IMG/VR virus record: IMGVR_UViG_3300028887_000099
Span: 1 to 64,000 of that record
Direction: 5' to 3' (one strand)
DNA from: a virus
Taxonomy: Duplodnaviria > Caudoviricetes
Length of the DNA: 64,000 bases
Positions 37,139-49,672 of the stretch are shown piece after piece. The position numbers were made by a program, and so were the translations under genes. Each line of letters opens with the position of its first letter. Within the stretch, counting starts at the first letter, position 1. Below the pieces are notes generated by a model. That model was given only the letters and a program-made list of their open reading frames with translations, did no database searches and was not told the DNA's origin.

Positions 37139-37423
37139 TTAAGGTAGAAATTTTCTTTTTCCATTAATTTTCCAAGATAAAGGATTTGTTAATTTTATAT
37201 AACAAAAGTCTTGTTTATCTTGAAAATTATTTTTACGTTTTGCCATAATCATTTTGATAATCAAAAATTGATATAATGGCATTTTTCCTAATTTCCATTC
37301 CCCTATATAGGAATTTTTTTCCCAATCAAATCGCATATCGCTTAACCAGCATAGCTTTACATATACGATTGTAAAAGGAAGCAGCCCCAAAAATAGGAAA
37401 AAAAGTATAACTCCTAAATTCAT
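37139..37423 (-). CDS. Membrane-anchored hypothetical protein
   Basis: RBS AGGAG; N-terminal TM. Confidence 0.55.
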   Translation of the reverse strand: MNLGVILFFLFLGLLPFTIVYVKLCWLSDMRFDWEKNSYIGEWKLGKMPLYQFLIIKMIMAKRKNNFQDKQDFCYIKLTNPLSWKINGKRKFLP

Positions 37424-37666
37424 TTATTTAGCTCCTTTTAATTTTGGGGAAGTAGTAGGTGGCTTTAAGTTTATCTTGTGGCTCTATGTCGCACGTTTCT
37501 TATCCGTTCCTACTTTTACCTAATTTTCTTATTTCCCTTTCGGTACTTTGTCAATCTTGACTTCCCCTTTACGATATTATATTACCACTTTTTTTGAAAA
37601 TTGTCAAGAAACTTTTTAGACGTAACACGTCTAAGTCGCGCCTTTACGGCGCGCAGCTTCAATTTT

Positions 37667-37858
37667 TTATACAAATTTTGCAAGAAGAGCTTCGACACGA
37701 GCCGCAGCTTCAATTGTACAATCAATATGGAATTCAAAGCTTACTACATCATAGGTGGGCATAGCAACGCCAGGAATTTCTAAAAGTTTTTCCATAACTT
37801 TTTCGGATTCAAAAACAGTTGCAATATCTTCATCAATGTAGTAGCATAAAGTTTTCAT
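37667..37858 (-). CDS. Hypothetical protein
   Basis: Cassette ORF; 63 aa. Confidence 0.6.
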   Translation of the reverse strand: MKTLCYYIDEDIATVFESEKVMEKLLEIPGVAMPTYDVVSFEFHIDCTIEAAARVEALLAKFV

Positions 37859-37976
37859 AAAATTCTTTCCTTTCTTAAAGTGGTTTTTTCTTTCTGTAAG
37901 TCTAATATACTACTTTCTTTGAAATATGTCAACTTTTGGTTTAGACGTAACACGTCTAAAAAAAAGAAGGGGAGGA

Positions 37977-38156
37977 TTACTCCTCCTCCTTCTCCTCGGG
38001 CTTGACCCCCCAGTAGCGCACATAGTAGCTAAGCCGCTCAGCGGCCTTAGCCTTGGCGCGCTCATAGGCGTCCGCGCCCTCGAAATGCTCCACCAGCTTA
38101 GAGCCACGGAACACATCCACCCCACGGGTGACATCGATAGTGATAGAAGTAGACAT
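37977..38156 (-). CDS. Hypothetical protein
   Basis: MSTSITIDVTRGVDVFRG...; 59 aa; RBS GGGG. Confidence 0.6.
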   Translation of the reverse strand: MSTSITIDVTRGVDVFRGSKLVEHFEGADAYERAKAKAAERLSYYVRYWGVKPEEKEEE

Positions 38157-38359
38157 AATAACCCCCTGTAGGCGGCGACCCTATCGTTCGCTCACGCCCT
38201 CTTTGATGGTACCATTATACCACACCTGCCATTAGAGTCAAGACCCTATCTTAGACGTAACACGTCTAAGTTTGATGGTAACACGTCTAAATCATACTAC
38301 TTTAGCACTTCATCGTGTTAAAGCATGAAAGTAAAAAAAGAGCGGAGATCTCTCTCCGC

Positions 38360-38656
38360 TTAGTTCAGACTGTCGTGAAGCTTGGAGTCAATCCGGTCGC
38401 ACACCATGCGAACCTGCTCGACGGTAACGCCCTCACCGCACATAATCAGGGCGATATTGTACACGCCCAGACCGCCAGCCCGGAAAAGTTCGATAGCGGT
38501 TTTCTTGCTGCGGCGATTAGCAAGGACACTTTCAGCAGCTTTGATGCAAGCGGTTTGCATCTCATTAGCAGATAGAGCATTCCAATCTTTCCAGTGGGGC
38601 AGCCCATAGCGGCAGCCAGTATGGTAGGCGCGGACAGAGAGAGAGAATCTATACAT
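38360..38656 (-). CDS. Hypothetical protein
   Basis: 98 aa. Confidence 0.55.
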   Translation of the reverse strand: MYRFSLSVRAYHTGCRYGLPHWKDWNALSANEMQTACIKAAESVLANRRSKKTAIELFRAGGLGVYNIALIMCGEGVTVEQVRMVCDRIDSKLHDSLN

Positions 38657-38710
38657 ATCTATACCCCTTTCTTTTTTTAAGGGCAGGGCTTGCGCCCTGC
38701 CCTTTCGGTT

Positions 38711-39205
38711 TTACTGAAAGAACTCTTTGAACGGAATCGCGCCCATCTCTTCCCACATCGCCGACAGCTTAAAAGCTTTCGCGCCGTGGAAATCGTCCTT
38801 GCTGTAGTTGTACAGCGTCTGCAAGGACATTTTCGCATTGCCCTTGCTGTCCGTCTTTTCCTTACGGATATGATTCAGAGCGTATCCGCACTGACGGAAA
38901 ACTTCCATCGGCATAACATAACCGAACTGACCGGACAGGGGCTTGTTGCTGTCAATATAAACAGCATAAGCGATGAAAGACGACCCCTTGCACTGGTAAC
39001 GGAAATCTCCGCCATTCTGCTTCACTTCCAGACGGCGAAGTCTGCCGTCAATCTTGACGGACAAATCAACTTTGCCCGCCTTGCTGATAACAAGCTTTTT
39101 ACCACAGTAGTCTTTAACAGCCAACTCAAGCAAGTAGCCGTTAATGGCATCAGTAGCGGAAAGCTGTTCAGCACTGAGAAACTGAGAATAATTGCCAAGA
39201 TTCAT
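38711..39205 (-). CDS. PD-(D/E)XK nuclease-like protein
   Basis: E-helix, then VD...LEVK catalytic-like pattern; 164 aa. Confidence 0.5.
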   Translation of the reverse strand: MNLGNYSQFLSAEQLSATDAINGYLLELAVKDYCGKKLVISKAGKVDLSVKIDGRLRRLEVKQNGGDFRYQCKGSSFIAYAVYIDSNKPLSGQFGYVMPMEVFRQCGYALNHIRKEKTDSKGNAKMSLQTLYNYSKDDFHGAKAFKLSAMWEEMGAIPFKEFFQ

Positions 39206-39327
39206 GTTAAAACTTCCTTTCTTTAATGCTTTAACTTGATAAAGTGCTTTCTCTTTTTCCTTATTTACTTGTCAAGGTTCACTTGCTTTGGACAATGTAA
39301 ATATAACACACGTCTATATAGAAGTAG

Positions 39328-39566
39328 TTACAAAACGATTACAAAACAGTTATAAAACAGTTACAAAATCGGGAGTAAAGGTAACAAAAGGTTACATATA
39401 CCGGAGGGTCTGATCTATGCAAAATGCACAAAAACAATACCCCTGTGGGGCGTGCTTTTGGGATTTTGACCAATTGGAATTTTCCAACCCGCGGCTCGTG
39501 GTAACAAATTCTCCAGAATCAAAATTCTACAGAACCAAATTCTACAGAACCAAAATTCTCCAAAAC
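39328..39566. repeat. Two short tandem-repeat arrays in the divergent intergenic region
   Basis: 4x ~11-bp TTA(C/T)AAAA(C/T)N at 39328-68; 4x 15-16-bp CAAATTCT(A/C)CA(G/A)AA at 39505-66. Confidence 0.75.
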
Positions 39567-39632
39567 TACTTTAAAATTTGACTTTTCCGCCCCAACGTGT
39601 TATAATTATACTATAGGGAGGAAAATCATATT

Positions 39633-40949
39633 ATGCCAAAAAATAGACTCAAATTAAATTTCGAATTAGAAAGTGCAGAAGACCGCACTCAATTCGTCAC
39701 ATCTTATCTCGACTCAATTAAATTTATTCCAACCGAAGCAGAACTTGAAACCATTTCCAACTATATTTTATGGGGTAAAAACTCAAAAGGAAAAAACGCC
39801 CAACAAAATAAAGAAATTGAGTTGAAAAAATGGACAAGCGCACCTGTTGAAAGCCTTGAAGGTCTAATTGAAACTCCTGGTTTCTAGGAATCTAGTGTGC
39901 GTTTATTATCTGACCCTCCTACGCGTTTATCTCGTGCAACTTTCGACCGCAAGGCCGCACTTGAAAATTCTCCTCCTTATTTGCAAGAAACACTTATAGA
40001 CCTCTGGCGTCAAATTGACGAGTTAGAACTTCAACTAAATTATTATGAACTTTGGGTTGGGAAAAGAAAACTTCCTCCTCGTTCTCAACTTGAAAATCTC
40101 TTCACTGAAGAAGAACGCTGCGCCATCAACGAAAAGGCTCTTCGTCTTTCCCAATTTAAGTATTTAAAATTAAGACATTAGCTTATAGAACTTAGAACCC
40201 AACAATATATTTATCAAGACTCCTATAAAACCCCAATTCTTCCTCATTTTGGAAGTTAGGTTACAACTTTTAACTCTGAAAATCTTTTTATAGGCGAAGA
40301 TATTACGGTTTATCCTGCAGGCCTTAAAACATCCTCAAAACTTAGCCAAAAACTTTTTCCAACTGATAGGATGTGCGCGCCGCAAGACTTTACACCAGAA
40401 GATCTCATCACTCTTTCAAAACTTCTTTGGGAGAAAACCTCAACATTTTTTTTAGATTTTACTAATCCAACTCACGTTTTAAGCCTTTATAAAGCATGCG
40501 CTGATTTAGAAGATGCACGTGTTATTGACCCACACAACATCTATGGGACAGCTTCATATTTATTAGAAACACTTTTCTATTATGAAGCGCGCGCAAACCT
40601 TACTCCTCTTCAAAAAGATCTTCTTACACTCAAACTTACAAACACTCCTAACCTTGAAATTAGTAAAAGGTTGAATTCAACATATAATAAAACTTATAAT
40701 GAAAATTATATTTCCACAATTTTTCATTAGAAAATTATTATGTAGGTCGCGGCCGCGGCCTCTCTTCATCGTGAAGTTCTCGAAAACATCTTCTATCCTG
40801 AAAACTTTAAAAAATGTAAAGATTGCGGGCAAGTTTTACTTATGAATACGAATAATTTTGTGAGGTAGAAAAAATCTAGTGATGGTTTTTCTCCACGATG
40901 TAAGTAGTGTGAAAAAATTAAACGAAGCAAAAAAAAGGAGGTCACATAA
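39633..40949 (+). CDS. Putative transcription regulator (HTH plus C-terminal Zn ribbon), code 15
   Basis: 438 aa through 7 TAGs; EIS..LN..Y...YIS.I helix pair; CKDC...DGF...CK(Q)C; host-type promoter at 39578. Confidence 0.55.
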
Positions 40950-41195
40950 ATGAAATAGACAGAAAAATTTATACAATAGATTTCGAAATTGGAAGTAACT
41001 GAATTTATAGGCGTCGCGCGCATTCTTAAAGTTCCTCTTGTTGAATTATCGGAAGAAGATCCAACCCATTATGTCGCGCGCGACTTCACAACTGTCCTCA
41101 ACGACCTCCTTCAAAATTATGAATTAAGTTCTCGTACACGTCGTCGTGAACTCCTTGAGTTAGTGCGCGCAGCCGCACATAAGGAGGTTCCCTAA
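40950..41195 (+). CDS. Hypothetical protein, code 15
   Basis: ATG 40950, 2 TAGs; 81 aa. Confidence 0.6.
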
Positions 41196-41197
41196 TT

Positions 41198-42184
41198 ATG
41201 CCGATAATTCCAAAAATTCCGCATCCTGCGCACGGTCAAACCAAACCATGTAATTGTTGTGGTAAAATTTTACCACTTTCACAATTTTCATAGACTCATA
41301 ACTATTTTTATATAGATGGATATTTACCATATTGTAATGGATGCATTACAGAAGAAATTGAAAAAAATGGGGGAGACTGGAAGTTTATTGATTAGTTATG
41401 TATGTGGGCTGGCATCCCTTTTATTGTGAAGGAATGGGAGAGAATTTAGTAGATTACATTACCTACTGAAACTTGGGCAACATACGCGCGCGTTTTTAGT
41501 GGATAGGAGTATGAAAGTTTGGGATGGGGTGATTATTATAAACAATATAAGAGATTGAGAGAAGTTGGACTTTTAGAAGAAGAACTCCCCGAAATTAGGG
41601 AATAGAGATATAGAGATTTAAGAAGAAAATGGGGAGAAAATTATGATGATGAAGAATTAAATCATCTTGAAGATCTTTATAAGGGACTTCTCAATACTCA
41701 AAATATTAATGGCGCGCTTCAAATAGATTAGGCTTAGAAACTTTGTAAGTTATCTCTTGAAATTGATAATAGAATTAGAGCAGGAGATAAAGAAGTTGAT
41801 AAGTTTATGTCGTCTTATGATAAAATTATTAAAAGCGCAGAATTTACACCTAAAAATACTAAAAATGCAACTGATTTTGATTCTTTTGCAGAAGTAGCAT
41901 ATTGGCTGGAGAAACGAGGCTTTGTTAATAAGTTTTATGATAATGTTACGAGAGATGTATTGGATGAGACGCTTAAGAACATAGAAAATTATAATTAGAG
42001 ATTATATATAAATGAAGGTGGAATCGGAGAAGAAATTACGTAGAGGTTGCGCGCGCTCGAATCGGCAAACAACCTAGAGGAAAATTTCTATAACATTCAA
42101 CCCGACTTTAATGAAGATGAATATGATAATGCGGCCTATATTTTAGATGAAGAAGAAGAATTTAACCCGGAGGGAAATTTCTAA
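41198..42184 (+). CDS. Putative terminase small subunit (Zn-finger N-terminus), code 15
   Basis: 328 aa with TAG read-through; CNCC...CNGC; directly upstream of TerL. Confidence 0.55.
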
Positions 42185-43959
42185 TGGCAGTAATTTAGTT
42201 AATGGACCCTAATATAGTCCAATTTAATACTAAAGACCGTCTTTATCATGATGACATTGAATTAGAAAAAGGAGTTGTAATTACTCCTTATTTTTTAGAA
42301 AAGAATGAAGAGCTTATTTAGCAATATATATAGATTTTTACTGCTTATCCTGATGTTTTTCTTGATTTGATTACTCCTCTTGATTCAAATTTTACTTTGT
42401 TTCCTTATCAACGTTTATTCTTGCGCGCGTGCATGAGATATACAAAAATATATATTACCGCGGCTCGCGCAACTTCAAAAACTTTTCTTTCTATTCTGGC
42501 AAAATATTTGTAGTGTATGTTTTTACCAAATCATGTTGGCTCAATTGTAGCACCAAATAAATAGCAAGCCGCGAAAATTAGTAGATAGAAAATTGAAGAG
42601 ATTTGGCGCATTTGGCCTCTTCTTGAAAAAGAAATTGATAAGGCTAATTTTGGTAAAGACTATGTTGATATTTTCTTTAAAAATGGAAGTCGTCTTTCTA
42701 TCGTAGGTGCATTAGATTCAGATCGTGGTATTCGAACCCACGCAACTTTAATTGATGAAGCACGTGATCAAGATGGAGATGCAATTAATGAAATTATTTT
42801 ACCATAGATGAATGTGTCTAGACGTATGCATAATGGTTTAATAAATCCATATGAAAAAATAAATACATAGGTTATATATGCAACTTCTGCTGGTACTAAA
42901 TCTTCTTATGCTTATGAAGCTTTAATTGATACCTTTGAATAGGCTATAATTGATCCTAAAACTGCTTTTTGTATTGGATTAGATTATCGTGTACCAGCGC
43001 AACATAATTTAATTGACCCAACTTATGTTCGTAATTTAAAAATGTCACCATCTTATAATGAAGCTACTTTTGCAGCAGAATTTTTAGGTTAGTGGCTTGG
43101 AGGCAGTGATGAATCTTGGTTTGATTTTGAACGTCTTACTAAATATAGAAAAATAAAAAATCCTGAATGGTATCCAAAATTTAGAGAAGATCCAAATGTT
43201 TTTTACTTAATTTCAGTAGACGTAGGCAGACTTCATGACCAAACAGTCGCTTTTATATGGCGAGTTAATATTCGTGATAATAAATATTATGGAACTGTAG
43301 TGAATTTATTTGTCCTTGGACGTCAAGCAGAATCGAAAACTTTCACTTAGCAGGCAATTGATTTAAAACGTTTAATTGAAATTTATACACCGCGCGAAGT
43401 CGTAATAGATACAAACGGACTTGGTATTGGTCTTGCAGATGAAATGATTCGGTCTCAACTTGATGAATTTGGAAAAGAATTAGTACCATATGGCTTTTTT
43501 AATAATGAAGATTATAAAAAGATATAGCCAAAAGAAGCACCACAAATTCTTTATTCCCTAAAAGCTAATGGCCCTCTAAATTCAAAAATTCATAGTAATG
43601 CCTACTCTCGTATTAATAGTGGTATGGTTCGCTTTTTAATAAGCGAACAAGATGCGCGCGCCGCGCTTCTTGCAACAAAACTAGGTCAAAAAATGTCCAC
43701 GGAAGACCGCATTAAGCGTTTAATGCCGCATGAACTTACCACAAAATTATTTGAAGAAATGGCGAATTTACGTTTACGTAAAACGGGACTTGATATAGTA
43801 CTTGAATAGATTAATGCGCGTTTCCCAAAAGATAAATATTCTGCTTTTGCTTATGGGCTATGGCGCATTAAAGAAATTGAAGAGGAAAACTATAAAAAAG
43901 TTAGCCGTAGATAGGGCGGTATTCGTAAATTAATTTTCTTTACTGGAGGAAAAACCTAA
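42184..43959 (+). CDS. terL: Terminase large subunit, code 15
   Basis: 591 aa; PYQR Q-motif, Walker A variant AARATSKT, Walker B LIDEA, TSAG coupling motif, nuclease SVDVGR and DTNGLG, KD.YSA. Confidence 0.9.
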
Positions 43960-45419
43960 TGGCAGAAATGGATATGGAATTATTCAAAAAATCCATAAAT
44001 GCAATGATTGTAAAGAATGGTTAGTCTTGGAGTAATTGGGATAATGCTTGGAGACGTAAACAATTTTCAAAAGAATATAGTAAAGAAGAAGTAGAACGTG
44101 TTTTAACTTCAAATAATCCAAAAGCATTGTAGCAATTATCTCGTTCTTTTTTTTATAAAGATGGGTTATACAAGAGAATTTTAATTTATTATGCTACACT
44201 TTTACGTTATGTAGGTATTTTAATCCCTAATCCAAATGCGGGCATTGAACTCTCCACCCCCTATGTAATTAAAAAGTATAATAATGCTTTAGATTATATT
44301 GATAAGATGAATTTGTCAATTCTTCTTACTAATTTTTCTCTTGCTGCATTAGTAGATGGCTGCTATTATGGCGTACTACAAGATGTAAATAAAACTAATT
44401 TTGTTTTATTAGATTTACCTTTTGAGTATTGTCGTTCAAAATATAAAGATTTTTATGGTAATGATATAATTGAATTCAATGTATAGTATTTTGATTCAAT
44501 TGGAGATGAGACGGCGCGCAAGCAAGCCCTCAAAGTATATCCTAAAATAATTTCTGACCATTATAATCGCTATCATCGTGGGACTGTACACAAATATTGG
44601 GTAAAGATTCCTGCCGATATGGGTTTTTGTTTTTCCTTTTTTGATGATTGCCGACCACTCTTTTTAGATATTATACCTGCATCTATTGATTATGATGATG
44701 CAGTTGAACTTAATAAAGAGCGTGATTTAGAAGAAATTCGTAAAATTCTTGTATAGCATATTCCTCATTTAGCTGATGGTACTCTTGTTTTTGAGCCAGA
44801 TGAAGCTCAAGTAATGCATGATGGTGCTGTCGGAATGATGAAAGGAAACAAAAATATTAGTGTTTTAACAACCTATGCAGATGTAGAGGCTGTTATCTCT
44901 AAAACTTAGTCTGAAGCAGTTACCAATACTCTTGAAAAATCATTATAGAATGTGTATTCAAAAGGTGGAGTGAGTGGGCAATTATTTGCACCTACTGGTA
45001 GTCAAGCACTTCCAACCTCTATTACAAATGATATGGCATTAATGATGATTTTAGGAAATAAATATGGGAAATTTATTAGCTATATAATTAATAGTTTATT
45101 TGCAAATTCTAATGTGAATTTTAAATATACAATATTACCAGTTAGTTGGTATAATATGTTTGATTATATTACTAATACATTAAAAATGGCTTCAAGTGGA
45201 TATAGTTTTCTTCTACCTGCAATCGCGGCCGGCCTATCACAAAAAGACTTAATGAATGTCAAGACATTAGAAAATGAAGTTTTAAAATTAAAAGAATAGT
45301 TAATTCCATTAGATTCTTCATATACTTAGTCAAATGGAGAAGTAGGTAGACCTTCTCTTCCTCTTGAAGAAAAATCTCCCAAAACTCTTCAAAATGAAGA
45401 ATCATTAAATAATTAGTAA
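43959..45419 (+). CDS. Portal protein, code 15
   Basis: 486 aa with TAG read-through; position between TerL and the protease. Confidence 0.7.
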
Positions 45420-45430
45420 TGGAGGCTCAT

Positions 45431-46780
45431 ATGGATAAATCTATTTACGAGTTTCCAGTAGCTGTTTATGGAAGCTTAGAAAAATATAATGAAGTTTTAA
45501 GTAAAGCAAGATGCCGTATTTTTTATAAGTATGAAAATCGAAATGGGACTTATATTACGGATGAATTTGCAGAAAAGCTTCTAAATAGTTTACCTTATGC
45601 GCCTGTTAAGGGTATTTATAGTGTAAATGATGATGATTACACTGACCATGGTACAGAGCGAGACCAAGGGCGCATTTATGGTATTGTACCTGAAAATCCT
45701 AATATTTCATGGGAACAACATATAGATGAAGACGGGGTAACTCGTACTTATGCTTGCTCTGATGTTTTAATTTTTACTGCTCTTTATAAAGAAGCAAACG
45801 AAATTATTGGAAAAAGTTAGTCTATGGAATTATATCGTCCTTCACTTCAATATCATGAAGCCATGATAAAAAACCAACGTTATATTGTATTTGATGAAGG
45901 TTGTTTCCTTGGATTATAGGTTTTAGGTGAAAAAATTGAACCTTGTTTTGAAGGTGCTTCTTTTTATACTTTACAAAGTACAATTGAATATGCAATTAAT
46001 GCAATAAAAAATTACGGAGGTACTAAAATGCCAGTAATTAATTTTAAACTTTCTGATGATGAGAAATTCCGTGCGATTTGGAATTTACTCAATACAGAGT
46101 TTAATGAAGAAGGCAACTGGACTGTAACTTATAGTATTTTTGCCGTATATGATGACTATGCACTTGTATTTAACTATGAAACCGGTGATTATAATCGTGT
46201 TTATTATACTAAAAACGACGAAAATGATATGGTTGAATTGGGTGAAATTATTAAGTGCTATGTTGTTGATGTAACAGAGAATGAAAAGCAGACTCTTGAT
46301 ACTCTGCGCGCTCTTAATGGCGGAACTTATGAGTTAGTCAGTGAAGTTTTAGTTAATGCTCAAGAAAATCTTGATAAAAATTCTGAATATTTCACCAAAA
46401 TTGAAGAGTTAACTACAACTATTGCAACTTTAAATACAGAGAACGAAAATTATAGCGCACAATTAACTGAAGCTAATAATTAGATTGCTTCTCTAACAGA
46501 AGAAAATAATTCTTTAAATGCTTATAAACTTGATATTGAGGAACAATAGAAGAACGCTGTTATTGAAGAATATAGTGAAATTTTAGATGAAGAAATTCTT
46601 AATACTTATCGTTCAAAGATTGCAGATTATACTGTTGAAGAACTTGATATGCATTTGGCTTATGAGTTAAAAAAGAATAATACTTCTGTATTTACTAACA
46701 CTGGAGATAATTCTGGTTATACTCCAAAAAACACTCCTCTTGAAGGAATTTCCGCAATTTTATCTAAATATAAAAAGTAA
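45431..46780 (+). CDS. Prohead protease/scaffold fusion, code 15
   Basis: 449 aa; DHG, S(Q)SMEL, GL(Q)VLGE..EPCFEGA, then an acidic coiled coil. Confidence 0.75.
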
Positions 46781-46797
46781 TTTAGGAGGCTATTTAT

Positions 46798-47361
46798 ATG
46801 GCTAGAATGGTTATTGATGGTTATGGCCAAGTTGAACTTAACAACGTAGCTTTCCGTCGTGATGGCCGCATTGAGGCTCAGTGTGCTCTTAGTACCACTG
46901 ACTTCGTAAGTGCGCCTGCTGAGAATGGAATGATTCTTCGTGTTAAGAAGGCCAACCACGAAATTTGCTTTGCAGATGCTTCTGCTGCGAATTAGCTTTA
47001 CGCTCTAAATTATAGTAGCGAACATATGTATGATGAACGCAATCCTGGCTTAAAGAATTTCAAGCTTAATGCTACTAATGATTTTTATCCTCGTGTAGGT
47101 TATCTTGCTGTTGGTGATCTTTGGACTTCTAACTGCGTTGATTTTGGTAGCTATGCTGGTGCTTCTAATACTGAGGCCGGTCGTATTGCTGCTGTTGCTA
47201 GTGCTCTTGCTTCTGGCGCAGTTTATGCTGCTGTTGGTACACAGGGTGCCCCAGTACTTGCTTCTTCAGCACCTGTTGCTGGTCCTGTAATTCAAGTTAT
47301 TAAGAAAACTACTATGCCTGATGGACAGGATGCTTTCCAGTTCCAGGTACTTAGTGTTTGA
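46798..47361 (+). CDS. Capsid decoration/stabilisation protein, code 15
   Basis: 187 aa, one TAG (46993); strong RBS; precedes MCP. Confidence 0.6.
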
Positions 47362-47380
47362 TTAAGGAGGGTATAATATA

Positions 47381-48430
47381 ATGACACTTAAAGAGTTTAG
47401 AGATATTGCCCTTCATGCCGCTAAGGGTACTGCTCCTGCCGAATTTACCGTAGAAAACGTTAATGACGCTTTTGTTGATGGTCTTAAGGAGCTTGCAGGT
47501 TCTTATAATTAGTTTATGAAGAACCGTTATGATATTTATGATATCATTATTGAATCTATTGATGACATCCTTCCAAAGAATGTTATTGATGCAGTTGGCG
47601 CTTTTGCTGAGGTTAAGCAAGTAGCATAGGGCGACAAGGCTATGTTCCGTGTTAAGAAAGGCCGCGCTCGTGCAAAGAAGTTCCTCACTCAAGTTGGTTT
47701 AAGTGGTGTTTATGAGACTTTCCGTCTTGATGCTGACACTTTTGAAATAAGCGCACATGCTGTAGGTGGAGGCGCTACTATTGATTTCGAGCGTATGCTT
47801 GATGGTGCTGAATCCCTTGCTGAAGTTGTAGGTATTGTTACTGAAGGCCTTGAGAATGCTGTATATGTTGAAGTACAAAAGGCTCTTATGGCTGCCCTTT
47901 CTGTAATGCCTGCTACTAATGTTTATTCTGGTAGTTGGAGTGCAGACGAAATGGTTCGTCTTCTTACTACTGTTCGTGCATATGGTAGTCCTGTTATTTA
48001 TGCTTGCCCCGAATTTGTGGCTGATATGGGACCAGATGCAATCGTTCCTGTTCTTATGAATAGTACTACTAATGTTGCTCAGGGTATTTATAGTCCTAAG
48101 GATATTGAAGCTATTCATGATTATGGCTTTGTTAACGTATTCCGTGGCGCGCCTATTGTTTAGATTCCTTAGAGTTTTGTTGATGAAACTAACACTGAAA
48201 CCTATGCAAATCCTCGTCTTGCTTATATTTTCCCTGCAGGCCAGGAAAAGGTTGTTAAGGTTGTTCTTGAAGGAGCAACTCAAATTCGTGACCATGAGAA
48301 TAAGGATAATTCTATGGAAGTTTATGCTTGGAAGAAAATGGGCTGCGCAATTCTTACCCATCACAACTGGGCAATGTATGAGAATACTAGTTTAACCGAT
48401 ACTTCCGCTAAGGATATTTACGGTTTCTAA
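47381..48430 (+). CDS. Major capsid protein, code 15
   Basis: 349 aa, TAG at 47510, 47627, 48161, 48170; AAGGAGG RBS; highly expressed codon style; V(Q)IP(Q)SF.DE.N. Confidence 0.8.
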
Positions 48431-48442
48431 TTTTGTTTTAAA

Positions 48443-48465
48443 GGGGAGGGGTTATTCCCCTTCCC
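48443..48465 (+). terminator. Hairpin terminator after MCP
   Basis: GGGGAGGGG/CCCCTTCCC. Confidence 0.5.
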
Positions 48466-48513
48466 TATAATTATATTATGCGTAAAACGCAAGGAGTAAA
48501 AGGAGAAGATATT

Positions 48514-48990
48514 ATGTCAGATAAAATTAAAGTTATTAGTACAGTAAATGGTCGTTGTGGTATTGATAATGTAGACCTACACATTTCCCGTCGTTGGCCC
48601 GCGCGCGGTTCAGTTGTTACTTTTACAAAAGAGCAAATCGAAGAATTGATGTTTGATTCTGCTTTTAGTAATATGGTTAAAGAAGGGCTATTATATATTG
48701 AAGATATGGAAGTAAAAAAAGAGATTGGAGTTGAACCTGAAGACGCAACCACTCCTACTATTATTTTACTTGATGAAAAAGCTTTAAATCGTTTATGGAA
48801 AATTATTCCATTCGCGCAATTTAAAGTTGAAACAAAAAAACTTACTAAACAATAGATTGAACTTTTAGCTCAATATGCTATTACTCATGGGGAAGATGGC
48901 TCAATTGATAAAGCGAACTATCTTTCAACAATTAGTGGTTATCAAATTTTAAAGGGGATTGAACTTAATAAACAAAGTAAGGAGGGTTGA
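48514..48990 (+). CDS. Head-associated hypothetical protein, code 15
   Basis: 158 aa, one TAG. Confidence 0.6.
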
Positions 48991-48992
48991 AT

Positions 48993-49421
48993 ATGACTGA
49001 ATTTTAGGTCGTATATGATGCTTTCCTAGCAAAAATGTTAGATGATGAATGGGCCAATTGGTATGAAGAAGATTTACAAGCCGATTGGAAGGCTCTTCTT
49101 ATGGGAGCACTTACATGGTTTAAATTTCCACGCGTTTCCTTAGATTATACTGATGAAGGGTTTATAAGTGATTTAAATAACGATGAAATTTAGATTCTAG
49201 CCACTTACATGAAATGTGAATGGTTAAATAGAACGATTTTAACTTGGGAAAATATTAAACCTCTTTATGAGGAAAGAGATTTTTCATAGGCTAATTTATT
49301 AAGTAAATTTAATGAAACTTTAGCGGCTGAAAAGAAGAATGCCGCGCGCCTTGAAGCGAAATATTATCGTTCTATTAATCATAAACCATTTGATTATACA
49401 TAGTTGGCGCGGCAAGGATAA
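48993..49421 (+). CDS. Head-tail adaptor-like protein, code 15
   Basis: 142 aa, 4 TAGs; EI(Q)ILA..M..EW, DFS(Q)ANLL. Confidence 0.55.
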
Positions 49422-49672
49422 TGGAATATTTAGAAGGCTATAATAATAATTTAAAAAATCGTTTGTTTGGTCTTTTATGTGAATATGAAAAAGGAAGAGA
49501 ATGGGAGAAATTTCTTGATTCTATCCTTATTGAATTAATTTCTTATCCAGATGAACGAAAAACAATAAATTATTATCGTCTTTATACAAAAGTTTCTTCA
49601 CTTCGTTATTTAAGTTATGAATATTTTAGGACTACAGTATTTGACTGTATGAGTCTTTTATCAAAGATATGA
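49421..49672 (+). CDS. Hypothetical protein
   Basis: 83 aa. Confidence 0.6.
   Translation: MEYLEGYNNNLKNRLFGLLCEYEKGREWEKFLDSILIELISYPDERKTINYYRLYTKVSSLRYLSYEYFRTTVFDCMSLLSKI

Larger units (their letters stand above)
30263..38290. repeat. 17 copies of the palindrome TTAGACGT-N2/3-ACGTCTAA upstream of minus-strand promoters
   Basis: Starts at 30263, 31030, 31415, 31960, 32553, 32944, 33959, 34282, 34629, 35179, 35567, 36140, 36483, 37091, 37616, 37941, 38251; half-sites at about 38281 and 39310. Confidence 0.92.

Noticed and set aside
30263-38290. CRISPR array or integron attC array
   Set aside because: The 19-bp palindromes are 300-1000 bp apart and separated by whole genes with promoters. 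There are no cas genes or integrase in the window, and the arm orientation and length do not fit attC.
31399-38575. Plus-strand ORFs in the early block (31399, 31464, 34665, 34819, 37926, 38315, 38690)
   Set aside because: Shadows of GC-richer minus-strand genes that have promoters and RBSs.
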